A stretch of DNA of 32,000 nucleotides from Candidatus Saccharimonadota bacterium. GTDB taxonomy: Bacteria > Patescibacteriota > Gracilibacteria > Absconditabacterales > Absconditicoccaceae. The stretch spans positions 30,001 through 62,000 of the forward strand of contig OZ246420.1 in assembly GCA_965231145.1 (NCBI GenBank). Reading direction: 5' to 3'. The translations under genes and the position numbers were made by a program. The notes below the pieces were generated by a model. That model searched no databases, had not been told where the DNA came from, and saw nothing but the letters and a program-made list of their open reading frames with translations. Shown one piece after another: positions 9,203-19,597 of the stretch. Numbering within the stretch: position 1 is the first letter of the stretch; each line of letters begins with the position of its first letter.

Positions 9203-12200
9203 ATGCCAAAAAATCCGCAAACAGAAGGGCCACAGAACAAATCGCAAGCCGCTGCTCCTCAGCATCAGCGTTTGTCGAATCATACAATAACCGCTCTCAA
9301 GAAAAGCCTTGCGACGTTTTTGGATAAAGAAAAGAAAAGCTATAAAGATCTCAATAATGACCTTATACAAGCTTTTCTTGCTCGGAATGCGACCCATGAA
9401 AAAGATGGCCTATTGCAAACTTTAACACAAGATATTGCGAGAATAACTATAGCTGCAGATGAAATAGGATGACCTTCTCGTCCAGCATTGAACCTTGCAA
9501 CACAGCAGGCGTTGGTAGAAACGTCTATCGGTAAAATAAAGAGAGCTTTGCAGTGAGCAAAGGTAGAGAAAACTGTGCAAGATGCGTTTGATGTCTTATT
9601 TGCAGCCGATGCTTTCCAGGATATAGAACTTCTGCAGACAGCACTGACTAATTTTGCTGCATGACAACCGACACTTACTGCTGAGCAGAAAAAGGCTCTT
9701 GAGGCTGCGAGTCAGATTTCTCTCGTCGATATGCTTCGTACGCTTGCTGCGAAAAAACAAATTACTGCGGAAGATGTTACGAACTTTGAACAAAATGGTT
9801 TTGTGGGAGCAAGAGCAGAAATTCAAGAGATCGTTCGCGACTTGTTTGGCAAGGTTGTTATTCCACAGGAGATCTCGTCTATCGCAAAAGAGATCGATGA
9901 TCAAGATGCTATTTCTATAAAAACATTTTCACGTATTCCAGGGCTTTCGTCGCTCTTGAAACAGTATGATCTGTCAGCCGACACACTTCGTAACGCAGAC
10001 CCTGCATATGCGACCGTCGTGTCAAATGTGGCAGCGACGTCGCATGAAAAAATCCAAGCTGCAGTTAAGGCTATGGTGAAAGCTATCGAAACTAAAGATC
10101 AGAAGCTGGCTTCATTTCTCAACTCTCTCGTGACGCATAATTTTGTTCTTTCTCAGTGTTCACCAGAAGAACAACAATACTATCTCAATTCTGTGAAGCA
10201 AGGGTGGCTCGATTCGAAAGAGGGAAAGCAAATTTTTGCGCTCTTTGCTTGACTCAATGTGTCTGATGAGCGAAAGAAAAATGTGCTCGATCAACTTTTT
10301 GATCTGAGCAAAGATTCGTTGGAACTGACGAATGACAAGGGACAGACCATGCATATTCCTTTGCGTAAACATATTACACTTAACGGCTGGAAGGGTGATA
10401 CGCTTTCTGAACAACTTGATTTTCCACTGCCATTGGTGTTTGAGATAGATGGAAATATTTTTGAGGGTGACAATGAGTACATCCGCGAAAAGATTGTACG
10501 TATGCTGGGGTCTCATAAGGAAGTAGATGCCTTTGAGTGGAATGGTGTTCGCGTTGTGCCAGGAAATACTGTTCGTATTACTAATAAGCTCAATTCATCA
10601 GGTAAGATAAGCGACAAAGATAATCTGAGCGATTACAAGTATGCAAGAAAAGGTCCCGATGGAAATATTCTCCTTTCAAAAAAGCCATGAGCGACAAACT
10701 ACTTGTCTATTCCTCAGGAAGATATTGCAAACTATACTGTTGAGATAGAAAAACCAACCTATCATATTTCGGGAACGTCGTTCCCATCAGTCGTTGCACT
10801 TCTGATGCAGATGAAGCATGCAAGTGAATTGTCTGCTGCAAAAGCGCAAGAAGGAATTAATGAATGGAATAAGGATATTATCGAAGAGTCTGCGAAGGCA
10901 GAATTTGGTAAGGATGCTGAAAAAGAAGAAGCAAAGGAACAAGCAGAAAAAGTAGAACAACTAATAGATGCTCCTTTCGATGAAAAGATTCTCGAATGAC
11001 TTACTCTACAAGAGCTCAAATATGCTGCAGACTCACTTGCACAAAAGCAAGCTGGGCTTTCTCAGGAAAGAAAAAATATTGAGAAGAATATCCAGCAAAC
11101 AGCAAAATCAATTAACTCGCTGGAAAATCAGATACAATCTTTGGAGCAACAGCAGCCGACTAATGCAAGAAAGCTTCAGCAGATGCAACAGCAACTGCAA
11201 CAAAAGAAGCTTGCTGCTGCTCAGTTACAAGAAAAACTACATGATGTTGCAGAGCAACAAGCTAAAATAGCTTCCCTCCAAAGCAAAGTGCAAGAACAGC
11301 TTGTGAAAAAAATAAACTCGCCGGAAGGCGAGGCGGAAGCTGCTCGTGAAGGAAAAGCGGAGCAGGAACTTGAAGCTGCGCGTAAGGATTTTGGAGAAAG
11401 ATGGAAATGATTATATGGAGATGAGTCTCTTACAAGACCTGAAGTAGGACAGGTTATGCTTTGTCAGTTGCCCGATGCAATTTCGCCATTTCCGGGAGCA
11501 ACCGCAACATGGGTAACCGCAGAGATCGTATGAATTGATAAGGACGGTATCGATATAAAATGGTCTGGTATCGAATGAAAACTTGCAGGCGCTGAAGGTA
11601 GGGTTACAAGAATACATGTGTCATCAAATAGTGTTGAGTCAGCAAGTGGTATGGAAGATTTTATTAAGACTTTTGGTAAGGTCTATAAGCTTCCGAAAAA
11701 TACAGATATGGTTTCATGGGGGATGAAACTGAAAGACCCAAACTCGAAGTGGAAGCTTGATTCGAAATATGCTGACTGGATAAAGATGATGCAACAGAAG
11801 GTCGATTTCAGTAGTATGGTAAAGCAAGACACCAAAGCAAAAGTCCAATATTTTGGGGCTACCGTTGGAGATGAAAGGCTTTGGTATAAGGTGGATTTTT
11901 CGGGGAAACTCGCGACTATTGTTGGTAAAGATAGAACTAATAAGATGGTGAAACAAACCATGGATATGAATGGATTTATGATCTTTGCTGCAGAAAAAGG
12001 ACTTCATCCGTACTCTCAGGAGGAGGTTGATAAGGCAAATGGTGGAGATCAGGATAGCTCTATGAAAGGGCTGGATCGTATCCTTACAGGAAAGGAGGCG
12101 CTAGAACACAATAAATTTATGCAACCCGAAGAAAGAAAGTGAACATGGTGGCAGAGAAATATGGTGTCTATAGCGTCGATTGCATCTATCTGGAAAGATA

Positions 12201-14215
12201 CTAAGGCAAGTGTGAAAACCTACTTTGAAGAAAAACAGAAAAAAGGTATAGCGAGAACGAAAAATAGATTTCTCAAGTCGGGATGATATAAATTATTGCA
12301 GAAAATTCCGTTTGGCGTCGGCGCTGCCATCGGTGAAATGGGCGCGGGTATTGATGCAAAACTCAACACAGAAAAGACAAAAAAAATTAATGAATATAAG
12401 GAAGAGATTGATAAGAATAAGTCAGATGGTGGAAATGGCGGTACAGACTATATTATCAATACTCTTTTTAAAGACAATGATGAGATGCTTAAGAATCCGC
12501 TGAGAGCAGCAGGATATTTTCTGTGGGCGTTGGAGCAGGGTGATCCTTACATCAGATCTCTTGGGCCGTATGAAAAAGATGCCATGTGGGTGAAAGCGAT
12601 TCTCTGAGAGGATGCAGTTTCAGAATATCGAAGATATATGGAGCGTATGAAAGCAGAGGCTCTTACAAGTACTGATGCTGCATTGGCTGTAAAAAAAGCA
12701 GAACTTTGATTTATGCAGTATTATTTTCAGGCGACAGATAAAGAGAGAAAGACAGATCTTATTGGCGTGTTTGGTGAAAAGTACTTTGGGGGTACTCTCT
12801 GAGCTGCCACATATAATTTATGGTATAATAGATCAAAAGTACAGGAAGAATATAAAGCAGAAGCGAGTAAAGGAGCGTTTTCTGATATTGCAATCGATGC
12901 TGTATACAATGATCGTGGTGGAGACTATTACAGCTACGTTGTTCAAGGCAGAATGCGTAATCACTTAGGTGCTCTGCAGGCCATGGCTGAAAAAGTTGGC
13001 CCAAGCAATGAGAATTATAAAAAATGGATGTCAGCGATGATCTATCCTTACATTGCAGGTAAGATGGAAACAAAGATGGCGGACCCTTTTGCTGATGAGT
13101 ATAGGAGCCTTGGAAGAAAGACGGCTTTCCCTTTCACGCAGTATGTGAATGATCCAAGGGCTCAGCAAAAAATTACAATACTGTTGGATGTTTTCTCGAA
13201 GAATTTTGTGAACATTAATTGATCTTCAGGTAAGTTATCAGATAATGTAAAGGAAAAGGATCCTAAAGAGCTAGCGAAAGCATTTTATAAGTGGTGGGAA
13301 CAACACGCTGATGAGCTTCTTAAAATTCTCAATGATCCAGGTGCTCTGATCCGTATAAGAGAGTCGTATAGACCGAAGCCGGGTGAGCGCGATCAGGTAA
13401 AGATGAATACTTTTGCATTGCTCAATGAGTTTATTGAAGAAAAGATGCAAGATACTGACGCAAGTAGATTTAACGATGATTTTTCTGGAGATTCGAAGAT
13501 CTTTGAAAGCCATATCTACAACGCTACTGCAGGGTTGATTTCGTCTCAGATGACAGATAGCTCAAATGGGAACTTCAAGGGAGCTGCTGCGAAAAACGGA
13601 CAGAAACTCTGGGAGGCTATGAACAACAAGATGAGAAATGTAAATCGTGAAGTAGAAAATCTGAAGGCAGCGGGAGACCATGAAGCGGCTGCTCGTATTT
13701 ATGCGTACACCATGAAGAATTTCTTCAGGCAATTTTCTGGACAGCTCTGAGGTGATGAGGCAAAGAGAAAGATACTTGTGTCGCTTAGATATTACGAGCG
13801 TATTAAGGGTGAAACAGACATCGACCCGCTACAGATGTTCATCAGAGGAAAATATGATACCAAGATGAATGGTGAAAGCCTTCCGGATGTGATGAATCAG
13901 GGATTGAAGATCTATGAAAGCTTTCTGCTGAAGCACAAAGACTTGATTGACTATGCGTATCAGAATATGGACCGGAATCTTCTCGAAGTTGCAGTAGGAA
14001 AAGATATGAATGGAAAGAAAGTATACTACCAGAGCAGTATTAAAGAGTTGTCAGAACAGATTTCGAGTCGTAAAGAGATGATGAAGCAGATCAAAATGCT
14101 CCAGGCTGCCGGCATGAGTCCAGGAATGTATAACCCTAATCTTATGGCTGCGTCTGTTGACGATGAGGAAGAGGACGATGAAGATGAAGACGAACGATTT
14201 GCCCGTAGAGCATAA
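9203..14215 (+). CDS. Giant hypothetical protein (1670 aa): no signal peptide or TM segment seen, long central coiled coil, acidic C-terminal tail
   Basis: Ten standard-code ORFs (9203, 9731, 10259, 10703, 11141, 11618, 12296, 12953, 13403, 13778) all share one frame. I read every junction, and the only in-frame stops are about 16 TGA codons. There is no TAA/TAG for 5 kb in AT-rich DNA. Q/E/K-rich heptad-like region near 11000-11400. The C-terminus is DDEEEDDEDEDERFARRA, with TAA at 14213-14215. No enzymatic motif recognised. Confidence 0.8.
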
Positions 14216-14318
14216 ATAATTTTTTGTCACAAAGTAATGACTTATTCGTATCCCTCAGTAGAAAAAGAGTAGAATTGTTGCTGACAAGAGCCGAAAAGGT
14301 AGAAGAATAAGCCATTTA

Positions 14319-14327
14319 TGCTATAAT
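14319..14327 (+). promoter_or_regulatory. Extended -10 box (TGcTATAAT) upstream of the 14344 gene
   Basis: TGCTATAAT ends 17 nt before ATG 14344. No clear -35. Confidence 0.4.
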
Positions 14328-14343
14328 TTTGTGTATTTACTTT

Positions 14344-15624
14344 ATGAATCTCCGCGACTACTTTGAGCAGAAGAAGACGTTGTCTCTAGATCCGACTCGT
14401 AAGATGGAGCTCTATGAGAAGATTGTTCACCAGACGCATGTGCCGGTGAGTATTTTCGCGAGATTTAGTTTTTATACAAAAGTGGCGCTCTATACGTTTG
14501 TCGGACTTATTTTCCTAGCATCGCTTTACATACCATACTTTTCATCGCTTTTCCAGCAGACAGACGGTATCATCACCACCTCTTTAGGAGGAGCAACGGT
14601 ACAGGCTGATTATATCGCGCAGATTATCGAAACGAAGTGAGATATAGCTATTTATAACAATGGAGAGAAGGTGGAAAGTTCACTCTTCCGCGCAGGAGAT
14701 AGGCTTGTCTTGCCAGCAGGAGGTGAAATACTTTTCCATGTCACTACTATCGCTCAGGCAAAAGTAGTATGACCAGCAGAATTTATTGTGGAGAAAAATG
14801 ATCATGGATATAGTATCCATTTGATCAGTGGAAAATACGCAGAGATACAATCTTTAAGCGGAAGCGCAGATAGTGGAGAGGCTCTTGGATTTAAGTCTGC
14901 CCGCATCTCTATCAGACCAAAGAAAGCAGAAAAAGTCCACTTCACCTATACAGAACAAGGAGAGGGTGCTATCATAGATAATCAATGAGACACGGAGCTT
15001 GTTGTCGCTCAGACAAATGATGTTGCCCAAGAAGAAGTGCTTGGAACTCATACGATGGCATCGGTTGCTTCAGCAGAAAGTGGCGCTCTTGTACTCGATA
15101 CTATCAGAGCAACAGGAGATAATATCCTTACTCCGGTACAGGTTGCAAAAGCTCTCTCGGATGCGCCTCATCAAAATGCTGATGAAAAACGCATGATCTC
15201 AGGCGCGGAACACGAAAATATCAAAGCGATCCTTGCTGCCGAGTTTCTTGCAACAGATCTTCAGAAATTCACGACATCATATCTTAAATCAACACAGCGT
15301 GACTACGATATAGCATATACTAATCTCTACAATAAAATTAATCAAATCTATATCATCATGAACATCCCAGTGCCGCAATACATTGTCGATGCGCGCGTGA
15401 CATGATCAGTCAAGGTTCTCATTGCGATGATAGAAAATCTCCTCACAGAGATGGATCAAAATTTCTATATTGCGCAGTCTCATCCAACAAGACTTAAGAA
15501 AGTGCTGGGTTGGCTGTATGCATTGGGTGATAAGAACTTTGGAAGCATGAGCGGATCAAAGCTTTCAGGAACAGACCTCCTAGAAACGTTGGATCTGAGC
15601 GAGTATAAGGAGCTTACAAACTAA
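14344..15624 (+). CDS. Bitopic membrane protein (426 aa), short cytoplasmic N-terminus, one TM, large external domain (FecR-like beta segment, tentative)
   Basis: Four same-frame fragments are joined by TGA at 14638, 14770, 14986 and 15403. TM segment VALYTFVGLIFLASLYIPYF. The post-TM stretch GDIAIYNNGEKVESSLFRAGDRLVLPAGGEILFHV resembles FecR-type domains. TAA at 15622-15624. Confidence 0.7.
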
Positions 15625-15697
15625 TTTACTACATAAACATAGATATTGGGTAGAGATATAGGTCGATCCTCTGTCTATATTTAGAGTCTGTATCTTC

Positions 15698-15727
15698 AAA
15701 AAACAACTTCTGCAAGTTGTTTTTTTG
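15698..15727 (+). terminator. Intrinsic terminator after the 14344-15624 gene
   Basis: Stem ACAACTT (15703-15709) / AAGTTGT (15714-15720) followed by T6, with an A-run upstream. Confidence 0.75.
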
Positions 15728-15805
15728 TTATGTCAATTATTTTGTGTAGTAATCGTAAAAGTGCATAGTCTTTGCTGTCTTTTCGACGCTGAGTCGGGGG
15801 CTTTT

Positions 15806-15834
15806 TTGACAAAAGCGAATGGGGGAAATACAAT
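15806..15834 (+). promoter_or_regulatory. Near-consensus promoter of the sortase operon
   Basis: TTGACA (15806-15811), a 17-nt spacer, then TACAAT (15829-15834). Confidence 0.6.
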
Positions 15835-15876
15835 AAGATATACACGTTTATCCCTCATAAACACAAAGCAAAACAG

Positions 15877-16764
15877 ATGCACTATGTGACGCTTGAACAG
15901 ATAGATCAATACATTGCCAGAAAAGCCTACGCTAAGAAGCATTTTTTCATGTGGCGTATAGCAAAAGAGTCTTTTCAGTTTGGTGTGATCTTCGTGGGAG
16001 TATTTCTTTTCAGTACAATTGCCGTCAATGCAAACTTGTTTTATCATACGATGAAAAACATGATATCTCCTGTCAGTGCACAGGATGTGGGAAGTACGAT
16101 CAGTGCTCTTCAGATGTCTGCAGAAGAGCAGATGACAAATGAAGCGGTAGATGATCAGGCGCTCTTTTTGCAACAACAGGTAAAAGCATCGTTGGAAACA
16201 AGTAGTGTCTTGCCTGATCATACAGAGACCATGAGTTCATATCTTTCAGCAAAGATGAAAGCTGCAGCTTTTCAGTTCAATACGCTTCCTCCGGAAAACA
16301 GACTTATCATCCCTGCGATCGGAATCAACGCTCCTATCGTCGATGTGTCTGTAACGACAGAACATAAGATAAGACAAGGAGACTTTGATGACGAGCTCTA
16401 TAGTGGGGTGGTGAAGTATCCTTCAACACCGGAGCCAGGAGCTATGGGAAATGCACTCATTTTCGGTCATACGAGTTACTACTGGCGAAAGAAGAATCCA
16501 TTTGCAGAGGTGTTTGCCAAGTTACCAGCACTGCACACAGGAGACATCATCCAGACACTCTGGCATGGACAACTGAGTGAGTTTGAGGTTGTTGCTAAGA
16601 TCGTGGTCAATCCAAACAAGGTTGATGACACTTATATGAAATACACGGATGGAAGCTATATCACACTCATGTGATGTTATCCGATCTGATCAGATGCAAG
16701 AAGAATGCTCATCATAGCAAAGAAAAAAACGACAACATCTACACCTACTTTAGCACGTCCATAG
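15877..16764 (+). CDS. Sortase family transpeptidase with N-terminal membrane anchor (295 aa)
   Basis: TM segment FGVIFVGVFLFSTIAV. Catalytic-His region ALIFGHTSYY. Cys motif YITLM-G-CYPI-G-SDARRMLIIA, a TLXTC-like motif plus conserved Arg, with both Gly residues encoded by TGA (16672, 16687). TAG stop at 16762-16764. Confidence 0.85.
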
Positions 16765-16773
16765 TATCGATCG

Positions 16774-18687
16774 ATGAAAAAGATTTTATGAATAGCAAGT
16801 CTTATAGCATTTTGTACGATAGTGGTGCTTCAGCCATCTTTTGCTGAACAGTGAGATCTTCAGACCCGTATCCAAGATACGATTTCCCGTTATGAAAAGA
16901 TAAAGGCTGATAGCGTGTATTTTGATATAAGCCTGGGAACAGGCTTTGATACTAAGCAGGCTATCGAGACGGTAAACTCTCTTGGGAAGGATGTCTCTAC
17001 CGTGATTGATGAGATAGACGCGGTCCAGAAAAAGAAAAAAAATAATGATAGTAATTATAATGCAGTCCTTGAGCAGGTGAGAAAAGTCGTTATTGATATC
17101 ACCGAAACGAAGAAAGTGGTAACTGATGCTGTGACGAAGATACAAATTGCTAATAAGGATATCGTGACTACGGTAGGAGATTTGCAAGATGCAAGAAAAT
17201 ATATCGCCGCATCAAAGAGTTCACTGAGTCAGCTTGTACAGCTTTTGTATCTGATACAAAACGATTATTATGGCGGCGGAAATATAGATGACATCAAACT
17301 TCTTTTAAAGTCAGACAATATTAGCGATACGCTTTCGGCGGATGATATCATGAATACGCTGACGCTTCAGTTCGATGCGCTAATTGATGATCTGACGATC
17401 CAGCAGGAGAACTATCAGAAGCAATTTGCGAGACTGACGGAGCTCAGAGATGAGTATAAACATACGGTGATCGCCTATGAAGATAAGATGAAGACGCTTC
17501 AGGAACAGAAGGCATATCTGCTGGATTTCTTAAAGCTCTATAAAGCAAACAGGATCGAAATTACTGCAGAGATGAAAAACCTTTTCCAGACCAGAGCACA
17601 GCTCAAAGCGAAGCTTGCGACACTCGTGAGCGGACTTCGTGATTTTAAACACAACCAAGCGTTGATGTCTCATCCTGGTTATCAGGAGTTTCTCAAGCTG
17701 ACGGATGACAGAGAGAAAAGAAAAAATTTTTTCTTGTGGCCAGTGTTGCCGGTGAAGGTAATAGATCAATATTTTTCTACAGGTGTTGATAGTGAAGAAG
17801 GGTTTGTAGGAATCAGAATACATGCAAACCAGTACGATGCGATCTATGCGCCAGCAAATGGTATGGTCTACAAGGTGTCTGACCAGGATGGTATGGCGAT
17901 TAACTGGATTATACTTGTACATAATGACGGATATATGAGTGTGTTTACCAACATTAATCAGGCATTGGTTAAAGAATGAGAGGTAGTAAAACGTTGAGAG
18001 ATGATCGCGCTTGTTGGTGGACAACAAGGAACAAGAGGAGCGTGATTCCAATCACAAGGAGAAGGACTTTACCTCCAGCTCTATAAAAATGGGACACCAA
18101 TAGATCCTCTTTCAGAGATGGACTTGAGTGTTATCCCTGAGGAAACAACATTGCCTACGGTCTATACCGTCAAGCGTAATCTTGATAAGCAGATGAGAGA
18201 TACGCCAATCAAGATGTCTGATGTGCCATTTGTTGATGGAGATACACCAGAACAAAGAACAAGAGACTTCCTGAAGAGATATGCGGCAGGACCATATGCT
18301 ATGTATGCGCTCTGGGTAGCAGCAGCAAAAGATACAAATGTGGATGTAGATCTTGGTATCTGTATCGGTCTTGCAGAGACATCGCTTGGAAGATATTTTG
18401 CATCAGCAAATAATATCGGTAATGTAGGAAATAATGACCGTGGAGATAGAGTGGATCAGGACTCACCACTTGTCGGAGCAAGATCGATTTACTATACGCT
18501 TAACAATAGCTTCTTGGGTGGTTATCATACGATCTACGAGCTTTCGGGCTACGGAAATAAGAATGGCGCAATTTATGCGTCGTCACCATATAACCGGCAG
18601 AAAAATGTAACGAGATGTCTTTCAAGTATCAAAGGATATATTGTTCCGGAGGACTATCCGTTTAGGACATATAAGGTGAACAACTAA
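16774..18687 (+). CDS. Secreted EnvC-like protein: signal peptide, coiled coil, degenerate LytM (M23) domain, C-terminal glycosidase-like (GH73-like, tentative) domain (637 aa)
   Basis: MKKILGIASLIAFCTIVVLQPSFA signal peptide, then a long heptad-like region. The M23-like block is WPVLPVKVIDQYF...FVGIRIHANQYDAIYAPANGMVYKV...GEMIALVGGQQGTRGAGF...LYLQLYKNGTPIDP. It lacks the HxxxD and HxH metal ligands. C-terminal IGLAETSLGRYFASANNIGNVGN resembles the GH73 ALESGWG...NNxFGI motif. In-frame TGA at 16789, 16843, 17977, 17995 and 18043. Confidence 0.75.
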
Positions 18688-18723
18688 AACCTCACACCTT
18701 AAAACTTGAATCTCAATTAATGG

Positions 18724-18750
18724 AGCTCAGCATCGTGCTGAGTTTTTTTC
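18724..18750 (+). terminator. Intrinsic terminator after the sortase/EnvC-like operon
   Basis: Stem CTCAGCA (18726-18732) / TGCTGAG (18736-18742) followed by T7. Confidence 0.8.
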
Positions 18751-18778
18751 TTGTAAAAACATATGTTCAGGCTATACT
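18751..18778 (+). promoter_or_regulatory. Candidate promoter of the cupin gene
   Basis: TTGTAA (18751-18756), a 16-nt spacer, then TATACT (18773-18778). Confidence 0.4.
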
Positions 18779-18810
18779 GTAGTCAAATTTTATCATTATT
18801 TTTGATAATC

Positions 18811-19194
18811 ATGCATGCATTTTGTGGAAATATAGAACAGCTCTCATTGGACAATAGGTATTTCAGAAAGGTAGTTCATACCAGTCATCATTCGCAGCTT
18901 GTGGTTATGTGTCTGCAGCCTGGAGAAGATATTGGTGAGGAGACACATGATAAAGAAGACCAGTTTATCAGAGTAGAAAGAGGAACAGGAACCGCTTTGA
19001 TCGCTGGAGAAAGTTTCTCGCTTTCAGACGGTGTGGCGGTTGTCGTGCCAGCAGGAACAAGGCATAATATCATCAATACATCTTCATCTTCAACATTGCA
19101 TTTATACACGATCTACTCGCCAGCGCATCATCCAGAAGGAACAATCCATCAGACAAAACAGGATGCTATGGATGCAGAAAATCATCATAACTAA
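18811..19194 (+). CDS. Cupin domain protein (127 aa)
   Basis: Motif 1 region GEDIGEETHDKEDQFIRVERG and motif 2 GVAVVVPAGTRHNIIN. The start is taken at ATG 18811, downstream of the promoter. Confidence 0.75.
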   Translation: MHAFCGNIEQLSLDNRYFRKVVHTSHHSQLVVMCLQPGEDIGEETHDKEDQFIRVERGTGTALIAGESFSLSDGVAVVVPAGTRHNIINTSSSSTLHLYTIYSPAHHPEGTIHQTKQDAMDAENHHN

Positions 19195-19199
19195 AGAAA

Positions 19200-19224
19200 A
19201 AAGCCCCGCATGACGGGGCTTTTC
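19200..19224 (+). terminator. Intrinsic terminator after the cupin gene (short T-run)
   Basis: Stem AGCCCCG (19202-19208) / CGGGGCT (19214-19220), then TTTC. An A-run lies upstream. Confidence 0.6.
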
Positions 19225-19347
19225 ATACATAGCAATGTGAAGTGTTGGTTGAGTCGCTGTATCATGTCGTGTGTCCAATATTGTGCTTCTATAACCTATC
19301 GTCCTACCTTTCCTTCATCGGAGCATGAAAGTTGTTTGTTTCCAATG

Positions 19348-19375
19348 TTGATTTTTGGCAGTAGTTTGCTACAAT
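19348..19375 (+). promoter_or_regulatory. Candidate promoter of tRNA-Thr
   Basis: TTGATT (19348-19353), a 16-nt spacer, then TGcTACAAT (-10 at 19370-19375). The tRNA starts 15 nt later. Confidence 0.5.
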
Positions 19376-19389
19376 TCTTTAGCCGATAT

Positions 19390-19462
19390 GCCGCAATAGC
19401 TCAGACGGTAGAGCGCACCCATGGTAAGGGTGAGGTCACGGGTTCGATTCCCGTTTGTGGCT
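19390..19462 (+). tRNA. tRNA-Thr (anticodon GGU), CCA not encoded
   Basis: GCCGCAA acceptor arm pairs with TTGTGGC. D-arm is TAGCTCAGACGGTAGAGC. Anticodon stem CACCC/GGGTG with loop AT-GGT-AA. T-arm is GGGTTCGATTCCC. Confidence 0.9.
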
Positions 19463-19471
19463 AATAAACTT

Positions 19472-19517
19472 ATAATTCTACATGTTGAATTCAAAATTCT
19501 AAATATAATAAGGAGGT
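19472..19517 (+). repeat. AT-rich AATTCTAAAT-type module, copy B (3' of tRNA-Thr), ends in ATAAGGAGG
   Basis: ataattctacatgttgaattcaaaattctaaatataataaggagg. Confidence 0.75.
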
Positions 19518-19545
19518 GTCGATGAGTCGATACTTTTCTTTTTCA

Positions 19546-19573
19546 TTGACAAATGGGTTTGTTGGGCTATAAT
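19546..19573 (+). promoter_or_regulatory. Consensus sigma70-type promoter of the 19598 gene
   Basis: TTGACA (19546-19551), a 16-nt spacer, then TATAAT (19568-19573). Confidence 0.65.
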
Positions 19574-19597
19574 AGAGCCGCTAAAACACACAATTGT

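Noticed and set aside
9203-14215. The possibility that the ten + strand ORFs are an operon of ten small genes.
   Set aside because: They share a single frame, with no TAA/TAG, no intergenic spacing, and no start/SD pattern at the junctions. Most fragment starts in the track are internal or non-ATG codons.
15733-16221. Minus-strand ORF of 162 aa. Similar long antisense ORFs occur at 17530-18051, 20311-20649, 21133-21573, 862-1119 and 9596-9904.
   Set aside because: Each lies fully antisense to a well-supported CDS (sortase, the EnvC-like gene, argS, rsuA, the giant gene) and has Cys/Arg/His-rich low-plausibility composition.
19210-19464. ORF of 84 aa ending over tRNA-Thr, and ORF 25018-25236 over tRNA-Gly.
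   Set aside because: They overlap tRNA genes in the sense direction, and their C- or N-termini are simply translated tRNA sequence.
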